Shown here piece by piece: positions 26,901-40,000 of a stretch of DNA of 64,000 bases; the first letter of the stretch is position 1; each line of letters starts with the position of its first letter. A model generated the notes under the pieces. The model was not told the origin of the DNA. It saw only the letters and a program-made list of their open reading frames with translations, and made no database searches. Origin of the DNA: Dipteris shenzhenensis (Eukaryota); assembly GCA_047967505.1 (NCBI GenBank), contig CM106538.1; one strand, 5' to 3'. The translations under genes and the position numbers were made by a program.

Positions 26901-28630
26901 CTCGTGTAGTGAGCGGGTGACAAGGGCAGCACGATCCTGTAAAAGGGGTATGAAGTCAATATAAGCGAGAAGTATGTACAGACGGCCAGAGTAAGAAGGT
27001 GAGCGATCCCGATCAAAGCGTATATCGTGGTTGGTGGAGTAAGCACTGAGTGGGGTGGAAGATGCTGTGTGAAGGGAGGTGGAGATGCGAAAGAAAAGGT
27101 ATGTATGATCAGCCCCTGGGGGGAGAGGTGCTACAATGAAGTCAGTAATGCGAGATGTGAAGACAGGGGATCCCATGATGTAATCAACAACACTGGAGCT
27201 CCCCCCATGTGGAAAGCATGTGAAACCACCTGAAGCGTTTCATCTGTCAAGACCATTATAGATAATGAGATCATGTATCCTGCCTAGGTCTAATAGGGCC
27301 TGCCCATAAGATGAGAATGGACCTCGCCTGTCAGCTGAAACCCGTAGCATACCTGCCTCCTCAAGGTCAACATCTGCCAGTAGAGTGGAATCATCTCTGA
27401 AGTCAAGAAGTGGTACCTGACGGGCCCTTGTCCTCGCGTTGAAGTCCCCCACTAGAAGGACTTCTCCGTGGCCAGAAAAGTCAACGATGGACTGATAGAG
27501 GGCAGCAAATGGGGATGTCTCATCATCACCTCGAATATCTTTGGCAAAGTGGGAGCTCCCGGGGGAAAGTAGCAAACTGCGACAAACAGATCCCGGCTGT
27601 CCATGTGTCATCCGAATCCAAAGAAATCTGAATGTGTATCTCTTTGCTCTACTGAAATGATCCCATGAAGTGTGGATATGAAAAGGACTGCAACTCCACC
27701 TGAACCTCGAACTCCTCCTGTACCCCTCGTCTCATCTCTGTAGGCAGACTCCCATGTATATCCACTGACTATTGGAAGAGGGCGCTGTGGACTCTGATGT
27801 GTCTCTGCATAGAAGACTATGTTGTGGCTTGTATAGGATTCCGAGAAGTTTCCTGGTTCTGACCATAAGGTACCATTACAGTTCCAAATGGTGCAGGACA
27901 GTGTCTCGGATATCTGAGTCTCATAGACCCCGCTTCCCTATGTAGCGGAGGGGGCAGGTGCCCTACGAGGGCCTGTAAGAAGTCGTCCCTCCCGTACCAC
28001 TACCCACTTCCCCTCCTTCCGGGCCTGATCCCGCTGCTGCAGCAAAGAGCGCCTCTCCTCAACCTGTAGAGGTGTGAGGTCCTCATCCATAGAGATCGTT
28101 GGCTGATCTCGAAGGAATGACCTGCGTCGTAGAGTTGAAAGTCATGCTTGAGTGTCATGGAATCGTATGATCAGGGGTTGCTCTCAGTTGGGATCTCTCC
28201 CCACCCGCCATGCCCTCTCTATCCTGTGCTCAGCCACACCCAAGGTAGCGGCCACGAACGTAGTCACATCTACCATCGGTGTAGCCTCAGTGCGTGGGAT
28301 CCCGCGTACTCTGATGTTGAGAGCCTTACTGGCTCTCTGCTGTTGCTGCTCCATGAGGGTAGTCGAAACGGTTACCCTTGCGGGTTCCCGTTTGGCCACG
28401 TCAACCCATCTGGAAGTCTCGTCAATAGCAGATTGCATGCTCGCAATCTGTGCCTCGACCACCGGGGTACTCCTTGGGACAGTGTGTATGGAGCTGCATG
28501 ATATATTGTCTGAGTCCCAGAATAAGACCCGCTTGCTCCCGAATGGCCCTAGCCTGCTCCTGTATGATGCGGCTCTGCGCCTGGTTGAAGTGGACCTGCT
28601 CCCGTGCGAAGCGAGTCAGCTCCATCTCAC
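23954..28630 (-). mobile_element. Near full-length RTE-X-like non-LTR retrotransposon (ORF1 ~28625-27940; ORF2 EN-RT ~27925-24559, frameshifted)
   Basis: EN motifs IWNCNG, FYAETH, GSGGVAV, LLVGDFNART; RT motifs QAGFR, CCFVDFRKAFD, GVKQGCPLSPTLFGLY, LLYADDVALL; C-terminal SSHRLCIESGR...ETEEHFIFRCPVY; tail AATAAAC(TTTC)n; ORF1 LNIRVRGI...AWRVG...DEDLTP. Confidence 0.85.
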
Positions 28631-28816
28631 GCTCTCAAAGTCCAGGAGTAGAACTGCCAGCCTCTGCCCGCTCTGCATAGCCCACTCAGTGGCTTCCCAA
28701 AAGGAAAAGATATTGTCAAATATGCTCCTGCCATGCACAAAGCCTGTCTGAGTATCATGGATGAGGTCTGGAAGAAGGGGCTGCAATCGGATGCTGATTG
28801 ATTTGGAAATAGGCAT
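28631..28816 (-). mobile_element. Short L1-clade RT fragment abutting the 5' end of the RTE-X-like LINE
   Basis: ISIRLQPLLPDLIHDTQTGFVHGRSIFDNIFSFWEATEWAMQSGQRLAVLLLDFE. Confidence 0.8.
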
Positions 28817-30449
28817 GCATGGAAAAGCAGTCGTTGATTTGATCTACACTAGATTGGGATCATAGCTATAAATTTGTTTGAATGCGATTTGTTATCGAAG
28901 GGCAGCAAATGTGGAAGAATCAGAAGAGACGTGTGGGCAAGCATAGTCTATATCAAGCTTTTCCCATGAATCACATAGTTCTTCATTCCCTTCTGCTTAT
29001 GCCTTCCCCCTTCACACCTTAAGATCACAAAGTGGTTTCTTTGAATGCCTTTCATCACATAAAGGTGGTGTTTTTCAGCATGTATACTGCAGATTGTGTT
29101 TCGTGCATACATTGCGCGTACCATATGAAATTATTGTCTCAACCTTACACTCTCCCTCTTTCGCCGTCTTTATGTGTTACATGTTTACCCCTTGACAAGC
29201 ATTCTATGTTTTCTTAAGTTGTTTGTATCTATTGTGAAAAATGTTTACATTATTGTCCCTTCCAAAATCAACCTCTGAAAAGGTGTACATATCAAGCAAG
29301 TGCTTTGTTCCGTGAACTCACAACCAGTTACAAACTCATCTTGAATGCAGTAAGTAACACACGATCCATTGACAGTTCATTATGCTTCCTCCTTGACTTG
29401 AATGGGGCAGGGCTGGTTTTTCTGCTGACCCCCTGGATAGGGGATATCTGAAATTCCAGCTCGTGGGCTCTCTTTGAACAGCTGATCATGGGCTTCATAA
29501 TAATTCAGTCCTGCCTGCCCTGTTCCTGTTAAACCATTTCATAAAAGCAGCCTCACATTAGTACTTTATTGGTCAACTTGAACATTATTAGCTCCTCCAG
29601 CCTGCTCACTGCAATTCTGCCCCCCCTCTCCCTCGCCGTAGCTTCCTTATATCCCTTCCTTCTACTCCCACCTCTCCCCTCCCCCCTTCCTGTTCCCTAC
29701 CTGCCCCTTCTCCAGCTCGTTTCAGTGCACTACTGCCCTGTTCCAGCCCCCTGCAGGTTGTGTTTGGAGCCAGAGGATGCTGGTGTCTGTCCGAGCTATT
29801 CCGTGGAGTTGTGCCTGGTGGTTTCCCTCTTTGTGCAGCTCATTGGCCCCTTTTCACTGCTGTGAATGGCGTCTTGCATCTCCTGGCTGGTTGAGCCAGT
29901 TTTCGAGTGCCTCCTAGCCCATTTGGGCTTACGTTTAAACCCCCTTGGTAGCTGGTGCCTGCTGGGTGAATTCTTTACTGGCATTTTAGGCCAGCTTTGA
30001 TGCTCTAGACAGCAAAGTACTTTGAGCCGGGGTATCTAAAGTTTCGAAAGCAGACTTGGGCAAATTTGGTGACCTTTGGTGCTCCTTCCTTATCTTTGGG
30101 AGCAGCTCTTGCTGCCTGAGGATTTCTTGTGATAAACTGTGGACTTTGGCTCAAATTTTGAGCTTTCTTGGTGTGGGGGCAGCCCTTGGCCTAGCACTCT
30201 CTTGAGCCTGGTTTTTTTGCGGCTGGTTGGCAGTGGTTTGGAAGGTCTGAGCCTCCTTTTCTCTGCTGTGAGCTCCTTTTTTGCTGTGCTATCCTTTTCC
30301 CGCAAGCCTTTGGAGGTTCTTGGTCCTCCTTAGCCTCTTATTTTCCCTTTTCTGCCCCCCTTCCATTCTAGCAGCGCAGCATTAGTGCTTGTACTTTTTG
30401 AAGGATGAATCTTGGTAATGACCCTTGGTTTGGCAGCAAGAAGGGCTCA

Positions 30450-33400
30450 CATGGCAGCACCCTTGACTCTCCAAGCCGTTAAGGTTCTTTTCTCTCCAAT
30501 GGACAAATATCAGGTTAGGAATACAGTCTAGTCACTCCAGGATAGAGCTGTGGTGGGCATTATCGTTGGACTCACTCCCATGAGAGTCTGGTGTGTGATC
30601 TAGGCGAATCTAGCACTGGATGGTGACCACATCTAGGAGGTCACCAATTGAGTTCCCCGGACACCACTCAGGACCTTGTGGAGCAAAGCCCCATTTTCCT
30701 TGGCCCTCACGTTGTGTACTTCATCCCCTGTTATCATGGGTTCACAGTCAAGGATGTGGACTCGACAAATCATGTGCCTTGCTTCTTGGTGATGCTCCGC
30801 TTCTCGAGGCTCCCAAGGGACTTCCCCACCAGTTTACACAGCCTCGGTCGTTGTAGATGATGGAGTGCCTTGAATCAGGATGATTGTAGAGATCCTAGCG
30901 TCCCTTCTTGAAAAGTTTTCCTTGAGACCTTGAACGGGGGCGAGTTCTGTCAGAGGATTGATGCCTCCAGACTTCCAGGATAGTGCGTCCGATGTAGGCA
31001 GATGGGTCATTTGGCACGGGCTTGCCCTAGGAGGTAGGGACGGATTGCACCTCTTCAGGCTAGACAGAAATAGCAGAAGCAGACAGATCTCAGCGTCTCA
31101 TTAGGCCGCAGCTAGAAGGAGTCCGGGATCCCTTGGCTAGAGCCCTCCGAGGGGCATGGACTAGGGTAGATAAGAAGCCTAGCAAGAAGGCCACAAAGGA
31201 CCATAGGAGTCTTACTAGAATTAGACAGTGGGTAGCAACAACATCCTCTCCTCAGAGGGAGAGGCTAGATGGGTCCTCTTCTCAGAGGGAGAGGCGAGAT
31301 GGCTTCCCCTCAGGCCATCCCCGGACTTCCTAGGGTGAGGTATTCTTCTACGTCCCAACGGACCCACAAGTGGCAGAGGCCCATCGTTCTCAGTCTTCTG
31401 CACCACGTTAGGCCTCAGGGGAGGCCGCAACTCTGTCTCCTCGTGTTCCCCTAGTCCTCTCCTGCTTTGCCTAGATCCTCTCCGTCCTCCCCTTCTCCTC
31501 TGATCTTCTCTGCATCCTTGTGTTGCAGTCACCCTCACTACGTGCCCCTTGCTTGCCTTGTCTTTGGCTCACCCTTCTTCTTCCCCACTGCAACGGTTCC
31601 CCCTTCCTCCTCTTCTCGCCTCCCGCTCTCGAAGTCTCTGCCTCCTAAAACGCCTAAGCCTTTGGGCAAAGGCAAGGTAGAGACTTCCTTCGCTTAGCCT
31701 CAGGCTTCTTTTGTGCAGTCAAAGCATGGCCTTCTCCTTGCTCAGGACTCATCTTCTATGGAACATGTGGAGGTAGGTTCGTTTGGGAGAGACTAAAATG
31801 AAATCGTTTAGACTTCAGAAGCAGTTGTAGCTTGAATGAAGAGATTTGGACTATTTTTTGATTAGCCTTCTCCTTTAGTGCTAGCCTTCGTCATGGCTGA
31901 GTTTGCCCTTCCCTCCGAAGTGTTGACAGAAACTCAGTACGAAGACTTTGTATAAATGGATGCTCAATTATGTGTGGGTGTGTGGATTTGTATGTGTGAG
32001 AGCATACTTTTATACTATGGTCTACACCCACTGTTGGGCGCTGATGACGTTAGTGGGGATATCATAGTAGCTAGTCCTTGCTATGCGTGATGGAGTTTAT
32101 GGTTTTCAATCTTATGAGTGACCCTCGTGAGATTGAGACTGCTCTATGTTGTGTTTTTAGGGATGAGTTCGGGATTCATCTAGGTATATGCGGAGGCAGG
32201 CATAGATCCCTAGCACATTTTCCCTGAATGATGTAGTGGGCCCAGAAGGTAGGCATAGATCCCAACATGCCTCTGATGCGTTGTTGCACGGATGAGGAAT
32301 ATTTTCCTTACCTCCTCAAGATTTGGAACATGGTGAGCTAGAACATGCACGAGTTTCTTGATAGTGCACGACAACAGCCATAGCATCTGATACTCCACTA
32401 GGAGTTCTAGAGGCTAGTTGCAGGAGTGGCATTGGATTTTCTACTGATTCAGAAGCATATGTTCTCACCATCGGATATCAGTCGTCGCCATTCCTTGCTT
32501 TTGGGGAGGGACTTAGAGGTGTGGTCCCTGGCTTAGGCCGGAGTGGCGAGGTAGTGGCCCCAAACGTTTTTGATCAGGGTCCCTGCGTGTAGGCGACCCC
32601 CCTGTCTTTTGGAGGCGGTTGATAGAGGGCATGCTAAACGTTGACTCTTGGATTGCTCGAGGACAAGCAAGGGGAGTTTCTTTCTCATAGGTGTCCGCAA
32701 TGGAGAGGAGTACGTGCGAGTTGTTCATTTCATGATCAACGGTCATGATCTATGGAGAGAGGCGGAGTTCACCAGGCTCCCTGGCAGCCTTCTCTTTTCT
32801 TTTGGCCACCGAAGGCATGATGGCCTTCTAGAGCGCCTTGACAGGTTTTACATGGGGGATTGGACGATGTACAGAGTGGGTTCCATGGTGGTATTTTGGC
32901 AATCACAACGATATCAGATCACTCCTAGATTGTGATGCACTTAGAGCAGCCTTGACATGGACTCTCTCAGAAGGGGGTCTGCATTTAGATGCTCTACTTC
33001 AGGAGGAGGAGGTATAGTAGGACATGTCTACGATTTGGGAGCAGCCAGGGGGTGCTTTCGAGGATGGATGGGCTACTTGGATTGGCAGACACGATACACG
33101 ATTCAGAGGAGTTGTGAGGGGCTCCATTCCCTGGCTCTTGGTTGGAGGCATGCTCTACAAGAGTGCGAGAGAGAGCCCCGAGAAGGGATTCGACATCTAT
33201 AGAGTGCCCTAGGGAGCATGATTTGGACTCTCAGTGTCTCGACGGTTGGTACGAGAGTGCGCGGCTTGATCTTTATTGCATAGAGGTCCGATGAGCCGAG
33301 TTCTCTTATCACTCTTCTCGAGCCAGATGGGTACAACAACGAGACAAGACGACCATACAGTTCTTGTAGACCACTAGGCCACGATGAGCCGAGACTCAGC

Positions 33401-35231
33401 TTCAGCGGTAGAGGGACGCGAGTGATCATAGACTTCTATTGCCAATTGTTTTAGTTCAAGAAAGAGTCTCTTTCTATTTTTGTAGCCCAAGAGGCAGTGT
33501 GGGATCAGATTTTGATAGTAGTCCCTCCGAGCTTGAGTTGGTAGTTAGAGGCACCGTTCATTGATGAGGAGCTCTAGGAGGCCCTAAAGTCCCTTCCGGC
33601 TTAGAATCGCCTTGGGGAGGATGGCTTGAATTTGTTCTTCTTTCGCTACTTCTGGGAGCATATCCTCACCTCCCTTCGGCTGGCTTTTTAGGAGATCTTT
33701 GACTTAGGCTCTCTTCCTTAGTCCTTGAGTTGAGGTTGGATTTGTTTGATCCCGAAAGGGAAGAGGGGGGGGTCAAACATTCGTTAGTGGAGGCCGATCA
33801 TGTTGCTGGACACTGCTCAAGATCTTAGCCAAGGTCTTGAGTTTGCGGTTGAGGCCTCACCTCGTTGATATCATCCAGGATACACAGATAGATTTTGTTT
33901 AGGAACGGAGCATCTTAGACAACATCTTAACCTTTTGGGAGGCAGTGGATTGGGCACGAGAGGAGTCTTAGCCTATCACAATCCTTCTTTTGGATTTCGG
34001 GAAGGCCTATGACAGGATGGGGAGTGGTCCTTTTTGGAGGGCACTATCAGAGGATGGACTTCTTGGAGAGATGGATTCGAGGGGTCTCGGCTATGTATGC
34101 CGGGAGTACTAGTCAAATGCTCATTGGAACCACATGGGAGAGGCCTTTGCCCTGTATTGCTCAGTACGACAGGGTTGCCCCCGTCCTCTTCCTCTTTGTA
34201 GTAGAGGTTTTGGGCTACTTTTTGCATTCTCAGGTAGCAAGACTCAATGCGATGAGGCCTCCGATTCGACTTTTGGATTCAGAGTTTGCAGACGACACTT
34301 CATTCTTTGTAGAGGGCACTAGCGAAGTACTGCTTGGCCTCGAGGGTCAGGGTTTCCTCACGACGATTGAGGAGGTCTAGGAGATCCAGAATTGGGGGGT
34401 AGTGCTTGGCTTCCATTGGATTCCGAGGGCTAGGCTGCTAGGTTGGCATTGACATTTCAGCAGAGCAGTAGTTTGCTGGAGTATTGGAGATTATGCGCTA
34501 GAGAGAGTTTGGTTGAGCTCCAATATAGAAGCTTGCATCAGGATCAGATGGTACGAGGAACACTAGAGCTGGGGTTACTTGGTAGATGGTGATTCTACCA
34601 CTCTCACAGGGAGGACTCGGCATTATCGACCCAAGAGATACATAGTAGAGACTTTTTGGACAAGCTAGTAGTACAAGGTCTCAACCCAGGCTCTGAGCTC
34701 GCACTCCGACGAGGGCTTATCAGGAACACCCCCACATCGGGGGAAAGTGGCAGCAATCTTATAGATGGATCTTCTCAGAGGCTCCCCTCATAGGGAAGGG
34801 CTCCCCCATCATGCGTAGCCTTCGCAGGGTTTGGCAGTGTTTGTCTAGTGGCGGACTCATTTGGGCCAGCCCTTCGTGTCCGGAGGAGTTTGAGAGGCAG
34901 TCAATCATTTGGCACTCGGAGGTGCTGGATCAAGAGGGATGCATGCTGGGGCAGCAGACATGCATTGGTTGGGCGGGATGAGACAGTGGTGTATCTAGGT
35001 CCTTTAGGACATGGAGATGCTTCCCTGCGGAGAGAGAGGCACGAGAGCAAGCACTTTCTCATCTGAGAGGGGCAGGCACATGGATGACGGAAGCAATTGT
35101 TGGTCCACAAATCTATCCCTTAGGAATTGAGCATGCTTGCCAAGTGGGGGAGGGCAGGGAGAAGACAGGCTGTCTGGTCTGAGTCGTTCTCCATCCCTAG
35201 GAACCCTTGCTACTACTAGCGGAAAAAAAAA
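30450..35231 (+). mobile_element. Decayed L1-clade LINE in sense orientation within host intron 3
   Basis: LERLDRFY (EN), LIPKG...WRPIMLL, LLLDFGKAYDR, SVRQGCP, SEFADDT; A-run at 35223-35231; boundaries approximate. Confidence 0.75.
31778..32187 (+). mobile_element. 5'-truncated single copy of the ~560-bp structured non-coding element, inserted into the L1
   Basis: Clearly homologous to the 36699-45497 monomers; flanked by atgtggaggtagg (31765-31777) and atgcggaggcagg (32188-32200). Confidence 0.85.
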
Positions 35232-35532
35232 CCTGCTGCTGTGAGTCAAGTAGGATTGAGAAAGAAGTACTTAAAACTCTCATGATCATCCTCAGTTCAA
35301 ACTTTGATCATGAATGGGGGGAAACCGATTTGTCTCAAGCGACAGTAGTAGTTTCTGGAAACATAATGCTATGTAGAAAAGCTATGGTTATATTGCCAAA
35401 AAATGTGCAGTATAACTTTCTATTACACATATAACTTAATTGAAGGGACAACGTGGTACTTTTTAAAATCTGTTTTGAAGAATTTTAAGAAAAAACATGA
35501 TCTTCCAAAACTTAATGTTACTCATCTTGCAG

Positions 35533-35633
35533 CTCTTGAGGAGTGGCGCAAAAAGAAGTTGGATGAAGCTAGGCGGCGTGCAGAGACGGTAAAAGCCAAG
35601 CAAGAGGAATACCTGAGTTCATTGGAGACCTAA
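35533..35633 (+). CDS. Host gene exon 4 (ALEEWRKKKLDEARRRAETVKAKQEEYLSSLET*)
   Basis: Acceptor catcttgcAG|CT, phase 1 with exon 3 (G+CT=Ala). The ALEEWRK(R/K)K motif is typical of the recalled family. Total CDS 540 nt ending in TAA. Confidence 0.85.
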
Positions 35634-37038
35634 CCAGACGGTGCTCATTCGCATCAATGATCGAATCTTAAATGTAAGTATTTAAAGGCACTGACATATC
35701 AGTTTCATGTCTCGCTGTTATTAGTCTAAATTCTCTTGGTGAATTTGGTGACTTTGGGGCAGCATTCCAGAGTGCCTGCTGAGAGCACCTTTGCAAAGAA
35801 GTTTCAAATTTATGAGCGTATTTGCATAATTGAAAACAAGTGTACTATGGAGCTCTTACTGAAGTTTCAGGGATTAACTCTCATCTATGGTATAGGGCAA
35901 GTGTTTTACCTAAGAGCACACCATTGAATGGTAAATACCCCTATTGTCACAGTTTAAAGCATTTTAGTGGTTATTTCTAATTTCATTTAACAAAAGGCTA
36001 TTATCTTGACAAAATACTGAAATGTTCTGCTCATTTCAAGTTTCCAAGATCTCTGATTATTGTCCATGATACATTAGGTCTACTGGCTGTGCAATGAAGG
36101 ACTCGAATGAATATTCAAAGCCTTTATAATATTCTGCATGACTTTTGTCCTGGATTGTCTGCGGACTCTTGTTTTATACTCCGCACATTCTTTCACTTCC
36201 ACACAATCTTCAAGGTACCATAATTGGAAGAAACTGATGGATCAAGAATAATGTCTGAGAGAAGTTTCCTGAATTTTGTCCATCATCATTCATAGCTTCC
36301 TACTGGATGCAGAATGGAGGAGTAGGCTTCCTGTTCATGCTCTTGCCGTACTCTCCATTTTGGCCGCCTGTTATGTCATTTCACATCCTTTAAAACAGGT
36401 GATGAGGATTAATAAAGTTAACTGAGAGGGTCAAAAGGTTTGAAGGCATTTATTGTTCCCTTGTAGCATATTCCAAGAGGTCAAGGTATCTCTGCAAGTG
36501 TGGTTTCCTGTAGAAACTTTTAACAGTAGAATTTGAAAAGCAGTCAGTGCCGTATTTTAATTATATCACTGTCAGTGTATGGAAATTTTACAAGCACAGA
36601 AAGATTCTCAAACTCTGCTGAGGTTGACGGATGTCACGATCTCTAACGTCTAGCCTTGTCTTCCTCTCTCGTTCTTTGGTGTTAGCCTGAAAAAGCTGCG
36701 GCCTGCTGGTATTGTGATAATTCTTTCTATCTTAAATGGTGCGTTGCCCTATCAGCTAGATTTAGATTTAGATGCTCGTTGGGGAGAGACTAAAATGAAA
36801 ATGTTTAGACTTCACAAGTAGTGTAGCTTGAATGAAGAGATTTTGGACTACCTTTTGATTAGCCTTTTCCTTTAGTGCTAGCCTTCATCATGGCTGAGTC
36901 TGCCCTTCACCTCCGGAGTGCCGACAGAAACTCAGTACGAAGACTTTGTATAAATGGATGCTCAAGTATGTGTGGGTGTGTGGATTTGTATGTGTGAGAG
37001 CATATTTTTATACTATGGTCTACACCCACTGTTGGGCG

Positions 37039-40000
37039 TGTTGAGATATCAAGCTCTATCCCCGACATATCTCCTGGATGACTATCATTTATGTCACCGC
37101 CTATGTTAGTTGTACTCGTGGTGTAGTTAGACTACCACGTATGTTTTGGTTTGGGTTCACATATGAACCACGTATTCTAGGGTTTGACATATAGGGTATT
37201 TCCCTCTTCTATTGTAATTGTCGTGTGCAAAAGTGAAGAAAGGCTTCACCCTCCAACCTTGTGTCCTCTCTCTTTTGTGTGTTGTGAAGAAAGCTGAACT
37301 TGAGTCTCCTATCTCTCTCCCTTCTTCTTTACATGGTATCAGAGCCTTGTTCGTGGTAAGGAGCTCAAGAAAGCAAGCCAAGTTTGTGGTGTCCTGGTAA
37401 GAGGACCAGTGTTGCTTTCCTATTTCGAGTTTGGGAGCAAATCTCTGCAGGTAGCACAGCCAGAAGTGTCTGAGTGCACTGCTTCAGATTGAGAGGCCCT
37501 TCGCGGTGTGGCGAGAGCGCGCGGCCAGTCGGTGGAAAGGTGCCACAGAAATTGCATCGTATGCTTGTGTGCAGAGATATTGGGAGTTGCAGATTCATGC
37601 CTGTTGCCTGTTGATGCAAAATCGTCACTAGGAAGTGACTGTGTGGTGAAATACCACTTTCGTCAGTGTTGCAGATCTGCCCCTGTGAGGCTTTTTGCAG
37701 AAGTTTTGCTATTTACCCTTGTGAGGCATTTGCTGTGTTTACAGGTTGCTGTTGCAATTCGTGATTTGTAAAATGTCTGAGAATCTGTCTACCATTGTCA
37801 GTGAGAAGCTTGACAAGAACAACTTCCAAGCATGGAAGTTCCAGGATGACAAACTTCCTTATGGGAAAGGGAGTTTGGGATTACATCAGTGGTGAAACTA
37901 CAGAACCAGTTTTGGGTGCTGCTCCCACTCCTGCTGAATTGAAGGCCTTTAAAGAATGACATGAAAAAGCCAGAAAATGCTTGTATTGGCTGTCTGTTAG
38001 CATTTCAGATTCTATGATTGTGCATATACAGGATGTAGAGACACCTAAGGAGGCATGGGATACATTGGTGAAGCTGTATAGCACAAATACCAAAGCACGA
38101 AAGATGCAGCTAAAGCAGGAGTTGCACAATGTGCAAAGGAAAAATATGAATATAAATGAGTATTCCTTGAAGGTGAAAGGCCTTGCAGATTCTCTTGCCT
38201 CCATTGGAGCACCTGTTGATGATGAGGACTTAGTGTCCGTGACCTTGAATGGTCTTGGGAAAGATTATGCACAGTTTCGGACATCCATTGGAGTCCGTGA
38301 AACATTTCTTGATTTTCAGGAACTTATTGCTCTCTTGCTGAGTGAAGAGCAAAGGAATGGTGGTTCAGCCACCTCAACTTCTCAAGAGACTACTTTCTAC
38401 TCGAATACAGGTAGAGGCAGAGGTAGAGGAAGAGGCCGTTTTGGTGGCCGTGCAGGAAATCAGAACCAACAGCAACAACAGGAAAACCAGTCCTATGGAG
38501 GAGGACGTGGTAGTTCTAGAGGCAGGGGGAGCCAAAGAGGCCGTGGTTCATGGCAAAGGAACCAGCAAGTAAATAGTAGCACAGAATGCTATTATTGTGG
38601 AAAGCCTGGACACAAGAAGAATACATGCTATAAAAAGCAGAATGACATCAAAAGTGGGAAGTTGCAGCAAAGCAACTATGCATCATCAAGTGGGCATGGT
38701 GACGACAGAAATGAGCACCTTTTTGTGATGCAGCATATGGTTAACTCCATGTCAGGAGATGCTGCAGCTTGCAATGATGTTTGGTATGTTGATTCAGGTG
38801 CCTCTAACCACATGACCAGTCATGGTGAGTGGTTTCATGATGTTAGAAATTTGGATAAGCCAGGTTATGTTGAAACAGGTTATGATACTGTGTACCCAAT
38901 TACGCAGGTTGGTAAAGTGCCATTGGCTATGCAGGATGGCAAAACGAAGTACTTGCCAGATGTACTTCATGTTCCAAAAATCACTAAGAACCTGGTTTCA
39001 GTTGGCCAGATGGTTGAGCAAGGTCTGCAGGTTAGATTTAATCCTGATGGATGCTTTGTTGAGGACTTGAAAAATAAGTGCCGCTTGGTTGCGAAAGGCA
39101 ACAAAAATGGCAGAATGTTCACCTTGGATGTTGATATGCCTGAGGTGAAAGCTGCTATGTTTGCGCATGGGAGAGGTGTCATTGCAGATATTGAGATATG
39201 GCACAAGCGCATTGGGCACGTGAATATACAAAGGCTGAAATCTATGCAAACGAAAAACATTGTTGCAGGTTTGCCTAAATTCAGAGTTGAGGGAATGCAA
39301 AAGGTATGTGAAGCATGCCAAATGGGTAAGCAGGCCAGACATGCATTTCCCAAAAATGCTAAGGTGAGCAGAAGACCTTTGGAAGTGATCCATTCAGATG
39401 TTTGGACAACCAAAGCTGCTTCTATTGGTGGATGTCATTATTATGTGACGTTTATTGATGACTACACTAGGAAGGTGTGGATTTATTTTATGAAGCACAA
39501 AAGTGAAGTGTTCAGCCATTTCAAGGCTTTTAAGGCCATGGTTGAAAAAGAGAAAGGTGTGCATATTAAAGTGCTAAGATCTGATGGAGGGGGAGAGTAC
39601 TTTTCAGAAGAATTTTGTGAATATCTGAAAGAACAGGGAATTCAAAGGAAGTACTCATGCAAGTCTACCCCTCAGCAGAATGGGGTTGCAGAAAGGAGGA
39701 ACATGGATATTGCAGAAGTAGGACGGGCGATCCTAAATGAGAAAAACATGCCTGATTATTTTTGGGCTGAAGCAGTAGCAACTGCTGTTTATATTATGAA
39801 CAGAACTCCCACTGCAGCTGTCCATGGCATGACGCCTGAAGAAATGTATACAGGCCAAAAACCAGATATTTCTCACTTGAAGGCATTTGGTTGCATAGCG
39901 TATGTTCATGTTCCTGATGAGAAGAGAACCAAGCTGGATCCAAAGGCAGAAAAATGCATCTTTATTGGATATGCTCAGCACCAGAAAGGGTATCGCTGTT

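Noticed and set aside
29400-30400. Possible coding relic in intron 3
   Set aside because: Short low-complexity ORFs with no family motif I can recognise.
35403-35532. Longer final exon using the acceptor at ~35445
   Set aside because: It is in frame but adds an AT-rich, intron-like segment; the 35533 acceptor gives the expected QEALEEWRK junction. An alternative acceptor cannot be excluded.
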